From an uncultured Stomatobaculum sp. (lineage in GTDB: Bacteria; Bacillota; Clostridia; Lachnospirales; Lachnospiraceae): a stretch of 64,000 nt of DNA. The notes below the pieces were generated by a model. The model worked only from the letters and a program-made list of their open reading frames with translations, did no database searches and was not told where the DNA came from. Position 1 is the stretch's first letter, and each line of letters opens with the position of its first letter. Of this stretch, positions 32,042-43,585 are shown one piece after another. Both the position numbers and the translations under genes were made by a program. Location of the stretch: assembly GCA_916439095.1 (NCBI GenBank), contig CAKAGU010000002.1, positions 45,580 through 109,579 on the forward strand, given 5' to 3'.

Positions 32042-32747
32042 ATGGCAGAGCTTAACCTAAAACAAATCATTGAGCGGCTGAATGCCGAATTTACAGGGAG
32101 ATACGCGTAAGCTTGTCTTCCGGTAAGACGATAAGGCAGAATTTGCGGAGGATATAGCTTCTGTCGAACCGGAGAATGCCAAGGTCTACCGGCTGGAGTC
32201 TGACAATCAGTTTATGACAAAGCGCTTTCCGGAGCGCGAGGATACGAGCACGAACTACTGAATCGATGCGCCGTTTCCGAAGCCGGATGTAAAAGACAAC
32301 CACTTTGAAGATACGATGTTGTATTCCAAGCGCTTCTTTGCCGACCGGGCTTCTCTGCTTTCTGTGGATCTCGGAATTGAATGGAGGCGGCCCGCTCAAA
32401 TTTCTTTGGTCAGCATCGTCCAAAAGATCACGAACTTGATTACGACCCTGGATTTCATCCAGACCGATGCGGTCAGTGATACCATTAAGAAGACCACAAA
32501 TAAGATGTACTTTATCTCCGAGGATATTGAAAAGATTTTCAATGAGAACACGTACATCGCGGACAGCCGCGATACGGATACGCAGAAGAGAATTTTTCGA
32601 ATGCGCTTTACGTTCAAGAATAAGCAGTATGATAAGAATCAGCAGTATTACCTGGTCGTTTACGATGAGGCGACCGGAACGGAAAGTTTCCGCCATCCCG
32701 TGATTATGGACTTGGCATTTGCGGATGATTACGGTTTCACCTTCTGA
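32042..32747 (+). pseudogene. pglZ: Internally deleted second pglZ
   Basis: N-terminus MAELNLKQIIERLNAEF..RKLVF...DNHFEDTMLYSKRFFADRASL joined directly to C-terminus KITNLITTLDF...YYLVV...MDLAFADD; catalytic core absent. Confidence 0.75.
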
Positions 32748-32799
32748 CAGACGGAAGGGAGGGGAGGCTTGTAACAAGTTCTTTCCTTGAGATGACATC

Positions 32800-32925
32800 A
32801 TGAAAGTAAGCTACTTAGACCACAGCGGTTTCTTGCCGGAATTAAAAGACCGCTACTGTATTTTTGTCTATTATAAGGGCGAACTGCCGCCGCTTGACAA
32901 AGGAAAAGAAGTGCTCGTCTTTTGC
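32800..32925 (+). repeat. Diverged 126-bp copy of the 5' end of the MBL hydrolase gene (34003-34128)
   Basis: Ungapped alignment, e.g. GACCACAGCGGTTTCTTGC.GGAATTAAAAGACCGCTACTGTATTTTTG. Confidence 0.92.
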
Positions 32926-33176
32926 GGGTATCGTCAAGATTTATGATTTATGCGCAACTTTTTGCTCCTCTGATTCAATGGAGCCAGCCTGCTACAGAGG
33001 TGTTTTCTGATTCTCCTTCTGGGTTCCCGCAACATAGCGCAGCCAAGCTCCAATCTGCATTCACAGAGTTCCCAACGCCTAACACAGACGCGCATCCGTA
33101 AACCACCTCCGCGAGGCCTATACCGCGAATATGGTATACTGGTGTTCGGTATTTTCAGCATAGGCAGGAGGTGGAG

Positions 33177-33984
33177 ATGGCGAAGAGAAAGCACAAATTG
33201 CGGAAGAGAACGCTTCGAAGTGCCGCGACGCTGCTGGTACTGCTGTTGACGGCGGCTGCACTTCGAGTCGGCGCGGGCACAGCTGGGCTTGCGGTACAAC
33301 AGGAGAGCGTGGGAGCCGTTCCGGAGAGCAGTGAGGCAATCGGTGTCATTGTGCCGCCGCCCGGAGAGACGGAATTTCCGGTGCTCTCGGCAGCGGGCAG
33401 CTATACGGGACAGGCGGCTGTCGACATCAACCGCGGAATCCCGGACTTTACGGCGGAGGAGCGGGAACTCGGCAGAGCGCGGGCCAAGGAGGGCTATGAG
33501 TCCTATGCGGCGCTCGACGCCCTCGGGCGTTGCGGCAGTGCGTTTGCAGTTCTGACCAAAGAGACGATGCCGACAGAACCGCGGGGGCAGCATCGGCATG
33601 GTGCGCCCGAGCGGTTGGCACACGGTGCGCTACGATGATTTGATTGACGGAAAATTTCTCTATAACCGCTGTCATCTGATTGCCTACATGCTCTCCGGAG
33701 AAAATGCGAATCCGAATAACCTGATTACGGGCACACGCTATTTGAATGTGGAGGGCATGTTGCCCTACGAGAAGCAGGTCGGAGACTTTATCCAAAACGG
33801 CGGCGGCGCTGTCCTCTACCGGGCAACACCTGTCTTTTCCGGAGATGAGCTGGTGGCGCGCGGCGTGGAACTGGAGGCAGAGTCCCTGGAAAAGGGTGGG
33901 ATTCGCTTTCATGTGTTTCTCTACAATGTGCAGCCGGGCATTGTGATTGACTATGCGACCGGAGAAAGTCGGCGGGAAGATTGA
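33177..33984 (+). CDS. Secreted DNA/RNA non-specific endonuclease (EndA-like), one frameshift
   Basis: Signal anchor, LDALGRCG, YNRCHLIAY, NNLITGTRYLN, YNVQPG. Confidence 0.88.
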
Positions 33985-34002
33985 AGGACAGAGGAGGTTC
34001 TT

Positions 34003-34689
34003 ATGAAAGTGACATACTTGGACCACAGCGGTTTCTTGCTGGAATTAAAAGACCGCTACTGTATTTTTGACTATTACAAGGGCGAACTGCCGCCGCTCGA
34101 CAAAGAAAAAGAAGTGCTTGTCTTTTGCAGTCACTCCCACAGGGATCACTACAATCCGAAAATCTTTGACCTGCTCGATGAGCGGGGGCTGCGCTACCGG
34201 GCGGTGCTGGCGAATGATATCAGCGATGAAAAGCGCTTGTCGAAGATAGAGCACTGCTTTGTGGAGCCCGATCAAAGCTATCAACTTGAGAGCGGGATTC
34301 AGGTTGAAACATTGCTTTCCAACGACAGCGGCGTCGCGTTTATCGTGAGCACCGAAGAGGGAAGCATTTATCACGCCGGTGACTTAAACGACTGGTATTG
34401 GGAGGGCGAACCGGAGGAGGAGAACCGAGAGCTCCACGCGATCTTTCACACGGAGATCGGAAAAATCAAGGGCAGACATTTTGATTGCGCCTTTGTGCCG
34501 CTTGACCCGAGACTGGAAGCGCACTACGCCGACGGCTTGCTGTATTTCCTGGAAAATGTGGACTGTGATGCCGTTTTTCCGATACACTACTGGGGAGATG
34601 CCGCAGTCATACAGCGTTTTCTCACGGAATACCCGCAGTATAGCGCCCGCATCAAAAATACGGAGACAGTGAAAGGAGAAGAGATATGA
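34003..34689 (+). CDS. MBL-fold metallo-hydrolase
   Basis: YLDHSGF, SHSHRDHY, YHAGD, PIHYW. Confidence 0.9.
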   Translation: MKVTYLDHSGFLLELKDRYCIFDYYKGELPPLDKEKEVLVFCSHSHRDHYNPKIFDLLDERGLRYRAVLANDISDEKRLSKIEHCFVEPDQSYQLESGIQVETLLSNDSGVAFIVSTEEGSIYHAGDLNDWYWEGEPEEENRELHAIFHTEIGKIKGRHFDCAFVPLDPRLEAHYADGLLYFLENVDCDAVFPIHYWGDAAVIQRFLTEYPQYSARIKNTETVKGEEI

Positions 34690-35041
34690 AGTTTCGGATG
34701 ATTCACGAGAATTTGAATGTCGCGGATTTGGAGCGCTCCATCCGCTTCTATAACGAAGCCCTTGACTTACACGAGGTGAGACGGAAGACGAGCGATGACT
34801 TTATCATCGTGTATTTAAGAGCGAGGTCGGGGAGTTTGAGTTGGAACTCACTTGGCTTAAGGACCATCCGCAGCCGTATGATCTTGGCGAGTGCGAATTT
34901 CACCTCGCATTTCGGGCGGACGATTTTGACGCGGCGCACAAAAAACACAAGGAGATGGGTTGCATCTGCTTCGAAAACGAGGCGATGGGCATCTACTTTA
35001 TCGAAGACCCGGACGGCTACTGGCTTGAGATTTTGCCGTAA
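34686..35041 (+). CDS. VOC/lactoylglutathione lyase, frameshifted
   Basis: HENLNVADLERSIRFY...ELT...HLAF...FIEDPDGYWLEI. Confidence 0.85.
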
Positions 35042-35417
35042 TGAGAGTTTGTTGTAACGCGAAAAAGGACAGAAAAGCGAAGTTAAGCTCTTCTGTCCTT
35101 TTTGCTTTTCGAATTTGCAACTGTCAAATAGGGGCAAAGGCCGGACTCTTGGAGTAGCACTGCAAGTCACAGCTGTGGTGGGGTGCCTGCGCAGGCTGAG
35201 AGAAACCGATGAAAAGCGAATCTACGGAGCAGTTGCCAAAACCCGGGGTGAGGAAAGAAGAGCTTCCGGCAATACTGCTGCGTTTTACTGCGGAGAATCG
35301 GATTTGGCGGCAGCGCGAAAGAAGCGAACGTCCCGAACCTGTTCAAGCCGGAGTTCCCAGAAGTTTGCCTGAATGTAGTAACCTCTTCGCGACCAGCCGT
35401 TGTTTAGGGGGCTTAGA

Positions 35418-35873
35418 TTAAAAACGCGCTCCCAGTTTTTGTCTTTCATGCGACGCTTTCTCGGAAGGGGAGAGCGCCTCGTATTGCGCCTCGAGGCAGC
35501 GGTCTTCTTCTTCGGTATCGGAGATCAGGAAGTCGCTCAAGAGCATGCACCAGGCGTCAAAATCGGATAAGAGAACCTCTCGGTCGGGAATTTCGATTTC
35601 GATGCAGGCAAAACGTTCTCCGTCGCAGCCGAACTCCCAGCGCTCTCTGCGGAGATCTGGTTTACGGTGTTTGTCGCTCTGTTGATAGATGGCCCAGACC
35701 GGGTAAGTAACCTGTTCCGGCGGCGGGCCGATGCGTTGTTTCATTTGTCGTACCAGCCAGTCGTACTGCTTACGACAGTCTCTCATCGATGAAAGATTAA
35801 AATCGCAGCGATAGACGCCGGTTTTCAGAAGCTTGTTGTAGACGGCTTCTTCCTGAGAAGTCCAAAGAATCAT
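35418..35873 (-). CDS. DUF3841-like protein; 3' end frameshifted
   Basis: LWT.Q, YDWLVRQM..RIG, YPVWA, VLLSDFDAW. Confidence 0.75.
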   Translation of the reverse strand: MILWTSQEEAVYNKLLKTGVYRCDFNLSSMRDCRKQYDWLVRQMKQRIGPPPEQVTYPVWAIYQQSDKHRKPDLRRERWEFGCDGERFACIEIEIPDREVLLSDFDAWCMLLSDFLISDTEEEDRCLEAQYEALSPSEKASHERQKLGARF

Positions 35874-35880
35874 TCCGGGC

Positions 35881-36378
35881 TCAGCTTTCCACGCGGTTCA
35901 TATAGTAGTCCCAGCCGAAGACGGCCTTTTCGCAGCGGACGCCGATTCGGTAGGAGGGGGTTACGAGAGTGTCAAACTCCTCGGACTGCGGGAATTCGAT
36001 GCCGAGTTCCAGGAGAACACTCCCGTCGGCTCTTGTTTCGCTGAGAATCTGGAAGAGGTACACATCGCGGAATGTGGGGAGCAGTGCCTCGACTTCGGCA
36101 GGGGAGAGCACGGTGTCCGGGACGGATTCGAGGAGCTTTCCGTTGGCATCGCGGTAGCGGTAGCCTTCTTTGATACTGTCCGTCAGCTGTCCGCCGATGA
36201 GGCGTAACTGTACGGGCCCCGCATAGCTCTTGGTGAAGTTTGTATTCTGCGAATTCTCCGGGAGGACAATGAGTGCCTCGAGTGTGAGCTGTATGCCGGC
36301 GGGGTTCTGTTCGATTCCGGTGAGTACACAGTCGGAAAAAGAGAAGTGGGAGAATTCGTTGACGGATTGAAATTTCAT
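35881..36378 (-). CDS. Conserved hypothetical protein
   Basis: AAGGA RBS, MKFQSVNEFSHFSFSD...GYRYRDANGKL. Confidence 0.7.
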   Translation of the reverse strand: MKFQSVNEFSHFSFSDCVLTGIEQNPAGIQLTLEALIVLPENSQNTNFTKSYAGPVQLRLIGGQLTDSIKEGYRYRDANGKLLESVPDTVLSPAEVEALLPTFRDVYLFQILSETRADGSVLLELGIEFPQSEEFDTLVTPSYRIGVRCEKAVFGWDYYMNRVES

Positions 36379-36596
36379 GCTTGTCCTTTCGTAGTAGCGC
36401 AGTGCGCTTGGTCGGGTCCGCAAAGCGGAACTTTATCCAGTATAGTGTGCATGCGCAGCGGCTGCAATCATGACATTGGTGCCGGGGCGAGGAGAGAAAA
36501 AGAAAAACCGGCACAGCCTGTTCGGACTGTGCCGGTTTGAAAAGAGTATTGCGGTGATGTCGGCTTAGAGCGCGGAATTGTCGGAAGTACTGTCAC

Positions 36597-37283
36597 TTAC
36601 GGGCGGTTCTTCGGTGCCGTTTCAGCGGCGGGAACTTCCGGCTCTTCGGGAGCGGGGGGCGTACTTTCCGGCAGTGCCGCCGTACCTGTCGCAGCGCTTT
36701 CTGCCTGTGCTGCTTCGGCGGCCTTCGCTTCTTTGGCTTCCTTCAGCTTCTCGCTTTGTTTATTGATTTCTTCGGACGCGGACTTCACAACCGTTGTGGT
36801 CGCCTGGGCGACGGTCTTGGAGAGATTTTTGCTCGCGTCCATGACCTCGGTCAGCGTGTCCTTCGAGAGCTTGCCGCCGGAGAGTGCCATTGCGCCGAAA
36901 ACGGCAGTCGCAATACCGGCGAGGAGGTCGAACAAGAAGCCGATGCCGATGTGAACGCTGACACCGTAGCTTTTCAGTGCGGCACCTTGCGAACCGAACA
37001 CGCGGCTCAGGTTGAGGAGGTTGATTAACATAATCAGGGTCTGCAGTGCGCCGATGACGGCAACGCCGGTCGCAAAGTTTCTCGGCAGCGCTGTTTTATT
37101 GTCCTGCAGGCAGGCGAGGACAATCGCGATAACGCCGAGTACCGCGATGAAGGTGCCGTCTCCCTGGGTACCGCGAATGCTCATGGCGCCGAAGAAACCG
37201 GCAGAGACACTCGCCCAGGGGAGAAATGCTCCGAGAATTGCAACAGCCGAGGAAATGATGATAAGCAAGCGATTTCGATTCAT
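36597..37283 (-). CDS. Membrane protein with Ala/Glu-rich tail
   Basis: Four TM helices, FLPW motif, AAGGAG RBS. Confidence 0.75.
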   Translation of the reverse strand: MNRNRLLIIISSAVAILGAFLPWASVSAGFFGAMSIRGTQGDGTFIAVLGVIAIVLACLQDNKTALPRNFATGVAVIGALQTLIMLINLLNLSRVFGSQGAALKSYGVSVHIGIGFLFDLLAGIATAVFGAMALSGGKLSKDTLTEVMDASKNLSKTVAQATTTVVKSASEEINKQSEKLKEAKEAKAAEAAQAESAATGTAALPESTPPAPEEPEVPAAETAPKNRP

Positions 37284-37462
37284 GACATATCTCCTTTCTA
37301 TGCCATATAACTATATCATACTTTCATAAAATGCGACATATTGAACGCGATAGATTTGCCTAAGTTCTTGATTGTGTAAAACACACAAAACAGATTCACA
37401 AAGCGCTTTCTTTTTGGTACGATGATACAGAAGTCAACAATTGCTCTCGAAAGGAGAACCCA

Positions 37463-39261
37463 ATGGAACAGAAGCTGCCCAAGAGAAGTGAAGTTGCGGT
37501 GGAACAGACCTGGAAGCTGGAGGATGTCTACCCGGATGTACAGGCCTTTGAAGAAGATCTGAAGCGCGGCCTCGCCCTTGCGGACGAAATTGCGGGCTAC
37601 GAGGGAAAACTCGGCGACGGCGCCGAGGTACTCTTAAAGGTCTATGAGCTCTACCAGGAGTGCAAGAAGACAGACTACCGCTTCTTCGGCTATGCGATGA
37701 TGCGAAGCGACGTGGACACCGGAAATGCGGACAACCTCGCGCTCTTACAGAAAGCACAGAGTGCGGATGTAAAGATCCTCGAGAAGACAGCTTTCATTGA
37801 GCCGGAAGTGTTGGCACTCGGCGAGGGAGAAGATGAACGCCTACTATGAGAGCTGCCCGGCGCTTCGCGCATTTAAGATTACGATTGACGATGCATTCGC
37901 CTTGCGCCGCACACCCTGAATAAGAGCGAGGAGAAGCTGCTCGCGGCGGCAAACATCATGGCACTTGCCCCCTATCAGAGCTTCTCGATGCTGCAGAATG
38001 CGGACATGAAGTTCCCGACGGTAAAGGACGGCGACGAGGAAGTGCAGATTACGAACGGCAGATTTACGCTGCTCGAGGCATCTCCGAACCGTGAGCTCCG
38101 CAAGGAAGTGTTTGACCAGTACTACGGAACTTATAAGAGCTTCCGCAATACCATTGCTTCTCTCTACGATGCGCAGATGAAGCAGCTTTTCTTCTTTGCG
38201 AAGGCGAGAGGGGTATAAGAGCTCCTTTGAGGCGGCGGTCGGCAGAGACAATGTGTCCCCGCAGGTCTGTGAGCGGCTGCTCTCGAGCGTTCACAAGAAC
38301 ATTGCGCCGTTCCACCGCTATATGGCTCTCAGAAAGAAGATGCTCGGCGTGGACGAGCTTCACATGTACGATGTTTACGCGAACATGTTAAAGGACTACG
38401 AGCGTAGCGTGACTTACGAGGAGGCAAAGGAGATGCTGCTCGAGGGTCTTGCACCGCTCGGCGATCACTACCTTGCGCTGCTTCGCGAGGCGTTTGAGAA
38501 CCGCTGGATCGATGCGGTCGAGAACGAGGGCAAGCGTGTCGGCGCATACTGCAACTCGGTTTATGCGACGCATCCCTTTGTTCTGATGAACTTTAACAAT
38601 ACCTTTGAGGATGCCTTTGTGCTTGCCCATGAGCTGGGGCATGCAATGCACTTCTGGCACTCCGACCACAGTCACGACTTCTTCAACGCACAGTATAAGA
38701 TGTTTGTCGCGGAGGTCGCTTCGATCACCAATGAAGTGCTGTTGAACCACTACCTGATCGGTAAGGCGGCGTCCCGCGAGGAGAAGGCGTATCTCATCAA
38801 TCACCTGCTTGACAGCTTCAAGGGAACGCTGTTCCGCCAGGCGATGCTCGAGGAGTTCGAAATCGAGAGTAACCGGATGTCGGAGCAGGGCGTTCCGATT
38901 ACGGCGGATAGCCTCTCCGAGCTCTATCTCCGCCTGAACAAGGAGTACTACGGTCCGGCTATGATATCCGATCCGCTGATCGGCGAGGAGTGGAGCCGTG
39001 TGCCGCATATGTACATGAACTTCTACTGCTATCAGTACGCGACGAGCTTTGCGGCTTCGGTTGCGGTCGCGAAGCGCATCCTGACCGAAGGAGAGCCCGC
39101 ACTCAAAGGATTACATCCGCTTCCTCTCCGCAGGTTGCACGGACGATCCGGTCAGCATCCTGAAGATTGCAGGCGTGGATCTCTCGACCGAGAAGCCGGT
39201 TGAGGACGCAATGAAGTACTTTGATGAACTGCTGACACAGCTCGAAGAGCTGGCAGAGTAA
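37463..39261 (+). CDS. pepF: Oligoendopeptidase F, frameshifts
   Basis: TWKLEDVY, GKRVGAY, AHELGHAMH, FVAEVAS, YCYQYAT. Confidence 0.92.
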
Positions 39262-39357
39262 ATCGCGAGAGGCGCCCGCAGAGCGCCTCTTTTGTGCCGT
39301 GCTTCAGGCTGCTTGGGAGAGCAGCGGGGCAAAAGAGCAGAAGAGGGAGGAAAAACA

Positions 39358-40022
39358 ATGGCAGTTACGATTTTGCGGCGCTTGCGCGCATGAAGTACAT
39401 AGACCGCTGGGCCCTGATGCGGGCGAGCCGGCGCGAGAACCTGAGCGAGCATGCGGCCGAGGTCGCGATTCTCGCCCATGCGCTCTGTGAGATCGGAAAT
39501 TTGCGCCACGGCAGACAGCTGAATGCCGAGCGCGCGGCTGTGATCGGGTTATTCCACGACGCGAGCGAGATTATTACCGGCGATATGCCGACGCCGGTCA
39601 AGTACGGCAGCGCAGCGCTCCGCGAAGCGTATCACGCAGCGGAGGAGAGGGCGACGGAGAGTTTACTTGCGCGTCTGCCGAAGGATCTCGCAGCAGTCTA
39701 TGCGCCCTTGCTCGGGATTGTCACGGCGGCGGAAGAGGGCGGCGCGGAAGAACTCTATCTTTGGCGGCTTGTCAAGGCAGCGGATAAGCTCTCGGCGTAT
39801 ATCAAATGCCTTGAGGAAGAGAGCGCGGAAATACGGAATTTCGGACGGCAAAAGAAGACCATAGAGGCAGAGCTTGAAAAGCTCTGCCGGGGAATTGCCG
39901 GAGCTTCGGGATTTTTATGGAGAATTGTCTGCCGCCCTACGGCAATACGCTGGATGAGCTCTCCGTACAGGGTGACTGGGATGAAAAAGCATACGGAGAC
40001 AGCGCCGGATGCGGAGGCCTAA
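39358..40022 (+). CDS. yfbR: 5'-deoxynucleotidase (HD domain), frameshifts
   Basis: RMKYIDRWALM, ENLSEH, FHDASEIITGDMPTPVKY, KAADKLSAYIKC. Confidence 0.88.
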
Positions 40023-40097
40023 CGCGAACAAAAATTAGCGTCTCTAAAGTTAAAAAAATTTTGACTTTTCCGGAAAAGGTGGTATTCTGGAATCAAC

Positions 40098-40119
40098 AAA
40101 TGAACAAATGCTCATATGT
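40098..40119 (+). promoter_or_regulatory. SmtB/CadC-type operator
   Basis: ATGAACA-AA-TGCTCAT imperfect palindrome downstream of TTGACT-17-TATTCT promoter. Confidence 0.7.
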
Positions 40120-40158
40120 TCAAATGTGATAGATACTTGCAAATTCAGAGGAGGAGAT

Positions 40159-40469
40159 ATGCCGAGAAAAATCAGACAGCAGGTGCCGAGCGAAGATCAG
40201 CTCTACGATCTCGCCGAGCTCTTTAAGGTTTTTCGGAGACTCGACGCGAATCCGGATTTTATACCGTCTGTTTTTCGGGAGAGTACGGCGTGAATGAGCT
40301 CGCGGAGAGCCTGAACCTCACACAGTCGGCCGTTTCCCACCAGCTGAAACTGTTGAAACAGGCGAGGCTGGTGCGGGCGCGCCGCGAGGGGAAGTCGATG
40401 ATTTATGCGCTCGCCGATGACCATGTGAGCACGATGATCGGGCAGGGATTGGAACACATTGCAGAATAA
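40159..40469 (+). CDS. ArsR/SmtB metal-sensing repressor, frameshifts
   Basis: LAELFKVFGDSTR...TQSAVSHQLKLLKQARLV.ARREGK..IYALADDHV. Confidence 0.85.
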
Positions 40470-40480
40470 GGAGAGGAAAG

Positions 40481-40696
40481 ATGAAAAAGAAGTTCGCTTG
40501 TGAAATTGATTGTGCAAATTGCGCGCAGAAGGTGGAAGATGCAATCCGGAAGCTGGACGGCGTCGTGGATGTGAAGGTGAATTTCCTGATGCAGAAATTC
40601 ACCCTGGAGGCGGCCGATGAGTCCTTTGAGGAAGTGCTTGAGGCTGCGATTCGGACCGGACAGAAAATCGAAGCGGATTTCAGCGTGAGCCGCTGA
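40481..40696 (+). CDS. Heavy-metal-associated (HMA) domain protein
   Basis: IDCANCAQKVE. Confidence 0.88.
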   Translation: MKKKFACEIDCANCAQKVEDAIRKLDGVVDVKVNFLMQKFTLEAADESFEEVLEAAIRTGQKIEADFSVSR

Positions 40697-40709
40697 GCGG
40701 AGGATCCAT

Positions 40710-42597
40710 ATGAATCGGAAACAACAAACCCTCTTAAAGCGCATTTTACTTGCGGTCGCGGGCTATGCAGCCGTTCTGATTTTTGACAAGAGCGGCGCGG
40801 CCGAAGCCTGCAAATGCCCGGGTGGATGCTCGGTGTCCTCTTTCTGTTCCCCTATCTTCTGGTGGGACGAGAGGTCATCTTAAAGGCGCTCAAGAACATA
40901 CGAAACGGTCAGGTCTTTGACGAGAACTTTTTAATGCTGATTGCGACGGTCGCTGCCTTTGGCATCGGTGAGTACTCGGAGGCCTGCGCGGTCATGATTT
41001 TTTACCAGGTCGGTGAGCTTTTTGAATCGCTGGCGGTCGGAAAATCCAGAGCTTCGATCACGGCGATGATGAGCATCGCGCCGGAATCGGCCAATGTGGA
41101 GCGGGACGGAAAAATCGAGGAAGTGGATCCGGACGAGGTAGAGGTCGGCGAAGTGATTCTGATTCGCCCGGGCGAAAAGGTGCCACTCGACGGCATTGTC
41201 CTCGAGGGAAGTTCTTTTCTCGACACGGCGGCGCTGACCGGTGAGCCGGTGCCGCGCGAAGTGCGCCCCGGCGATGCGGTAATCAGCGGCTGTGTGAACG
41301 GCGAGACCGCGCTCCGCGTGAAGACAAGCAAGGCGTATGAGGACTCGACGGTTGCGCGGATTCTGCAGCTGGTCGAGAGCGCGAGCGAGAAGAAGACTCG
41401 CATGGAGAACTTCATCACCCGCTTTGCGCGCTGGTATACGCCGGTGGTCACGATCACGGCCTTTTTGCTTGCAATCTTGCCGCCGCTCATGTTCGGCATG
41501 CCTGCGGCCCCCTGGATTAAAAGCGCGCCTGCATCTTCCTGATTGTCTCCTGCCCATGTGCGCTGGTCATCTCGGTGCCCCTCGGCTTCTTCGGCGGCAT
41601 CGGCGCGGCGTCAAAGCGCGGTGTTCTCGTCAAGGGATCCAACTTTCTCGAGACCGCTGCGGAGTTAAAGACGCTGGTCTTTGATAAGACCGGTACGCTG
41701 ACCCGGGGAGAGTTTCGCGTGGTTGGGATTCACCCCGCGGAGGGGTGCAGCGAGGAGGAACTTCTCTCGATGGCGGCGCACGGAGAGAGCCTCTCTTCGC
41801 ATCCGATTGCCCAGTCCATTCTGCAGGCCTACGGCGGTGAAATTGACCGCGCGCGTCTCGGCGAGATGCATGAGGCGGCCGGGCACGGGCTCGAGGGCGT
41901 ACTGGACGGCAGAGAGTTGCTTCTCGGCAACGAAAAGTTGCTTAAGAGCAAAGACATTGATTTCCCCGCGGTCAAGGAGCACGGAACCGTGGTATACGCC
42001 GCACACGGCGGCAGTTATGTAGGACATATCATCATTGCGGATGTCGTGAAGCCGGGCGCCGCTGCGGCACTCCGGCAGCTCCGCGAAGTCGGCATCGAGA
42101 AGCTGGTCATGCTGACCGGCGACCGGAAGGATGCCGCAGAGGCGATTGCCGCGGAGGTCGGTGTCGACACGGTCTATCACGACTTACTGCCCGCGGACAA
42201 GGTTGAGAAGGTCGAGGCCCTGCTCGCGGCCGAGAAAAACGGCGAAAAGGTCGGTTTTGTCGGCGACGGCATCAACGACGCGCCGGTCTTGATGCGCGCG
42301 GATGTGGGCATTGCGATGGGCTCGCTCGGCAGCGACGCGGCCATCGAGGCTGCGGATCTTGTCATCATGGACGACGAGCTCTCGAAGATTGCGGACATCA
42401 TCCGCATTTCGAGAAAGACGGTGCGCATTGTGCGGCAGAATGTCGCTTTCGCTTTGGCGGTCAAGGCGGCGGTCCTGATTCTCGGCATCTTCGGTCTCGC
42501 GAATATGTGGGAGGCAGTCTTCGGCGATGTCGGTGTGACAGTGATTGCCGTGCTGAACGCGATGCGCGCGCTCACACCGCCGTCCGCTCAGCGCTGA
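40710..42597 (+). CDS. cadA: P1B heavy-metal (Cd/Zn/Co) ATPase, frameshifts
   Basis: FDENFLM, LTGEP, SCPCAL, DKTGTLT, GDGINDAP. Confidence 0.92.
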
Positions 42598-42691
42598 GGC
42601 AGCGCTCAATTTCTTCGAGAAAATGAAGCATCAGATCATTCGGAACGGTTCCCTTTTTAGGATGTAACCGATCCGCATGGTCTGATTTTTA

Positions 42692-43504
42692 TTAATGCCT
42701 GTCCTCGCGAAACGGTATTGCGACATAGTCGGAGCCGTTTAAGTCGCGGCTTATGATGCCCGAGCAGAGGGTGTAGCCCTGAATGGAGCGCATCAGATTT
42801 AAGTTGGTCGCGCGGTCGGAGGTCTTGATGACGCGCGGGTAGTCGCGGTCGCTCAAAATCTCCTCGGCGAGGAAGGCTGAGCTGTCTTCGCCCTGGTCAA
42901 ACTGAATGCAGGGGTAGGGTTGCAGTTCTTCGAAGCTGATTGCGTCGAGGGAGGCCAGCGGGTGGTCTTTGTAGAGATAGACATAGGCGTTGCACTCAAT
43001 CAGCGGGTGGAATTCAAGCAGCTCCTCGCGGAATATTTTCGAGAGAAAGCGGTGGTTAAAGCTGCTCTCGTAGAGGATGCCGACATCGGATTTGCCGCTG
43101 ATGACATTGCGGATGACATCGATGGTGCGAGTCTCGAGCACCGAGAACTGGTACTCGTTGGTGTCAAAGCTCTTTGTCATGCGGGCAAAGGCCTGGGTCA
43201 CAAAGGAGTAGTGCTGGGTTGAAATCGAGAAGCGCTGGCGCACCTGCCGCGCGCTGCCGAAGCGGTCCATCAGGAGCTCATATTGCTGGTGGAGTTCGCG
43301 CGCGCGCGCCAGAAATTCCGTGCCGTCCGGCGTCAGGCTGATGCCGCGCGAGTTGCGGTTAAAGAGACGGAAGCCCAGTTCTTCCTCGGCCTCTTTGACG
43401 GCGTTCGTGAGAGCGGGCTGCGAGAGGAAGAGCTTTTCCGCGGCGCGGTTGATGCTGCCGGCATCGGCGATTTCCGTGAGATAATAGATTTGCTGAAGGG
43501 TCAT
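42692..43504 (-). CDS. LysR-family regulator
   Basis: MTLQQIYY...GSINRAAEKLFLSQPALT...LTPDG. Confidence 0.9.
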   Translation of the reverse strand: MTLQQIYYLTEIADAGSINRAAEKLFLSQPALTNAVKEAEEELGFRLFNRNSRGISLTPDGTEFLARARELHQQYELLMDRFGSARQVRQRFSISTQHYSFVTQAFARMTKSFDTNEYQFSVLETRTIDVIRNVISGKSDVGILYESSFNHRFLSKIFREELLEFHPLIECNAYVYLYKDHPLASLDAISFEELQPYPCIQFDQGEDSSAFLAEEILSDRDYPRVIKTSDRATNLNLMRSIQGYTLCSGIISRDLNGSDYVAIPFREDRH

Positions 43505-43585
43505 GACAGTCTCCTGCTATACAGTGAAGTTATAGGTATCAAAGGTGATACTAACACGCCAAACCGAGCAAAACAAGGGAAGGGT

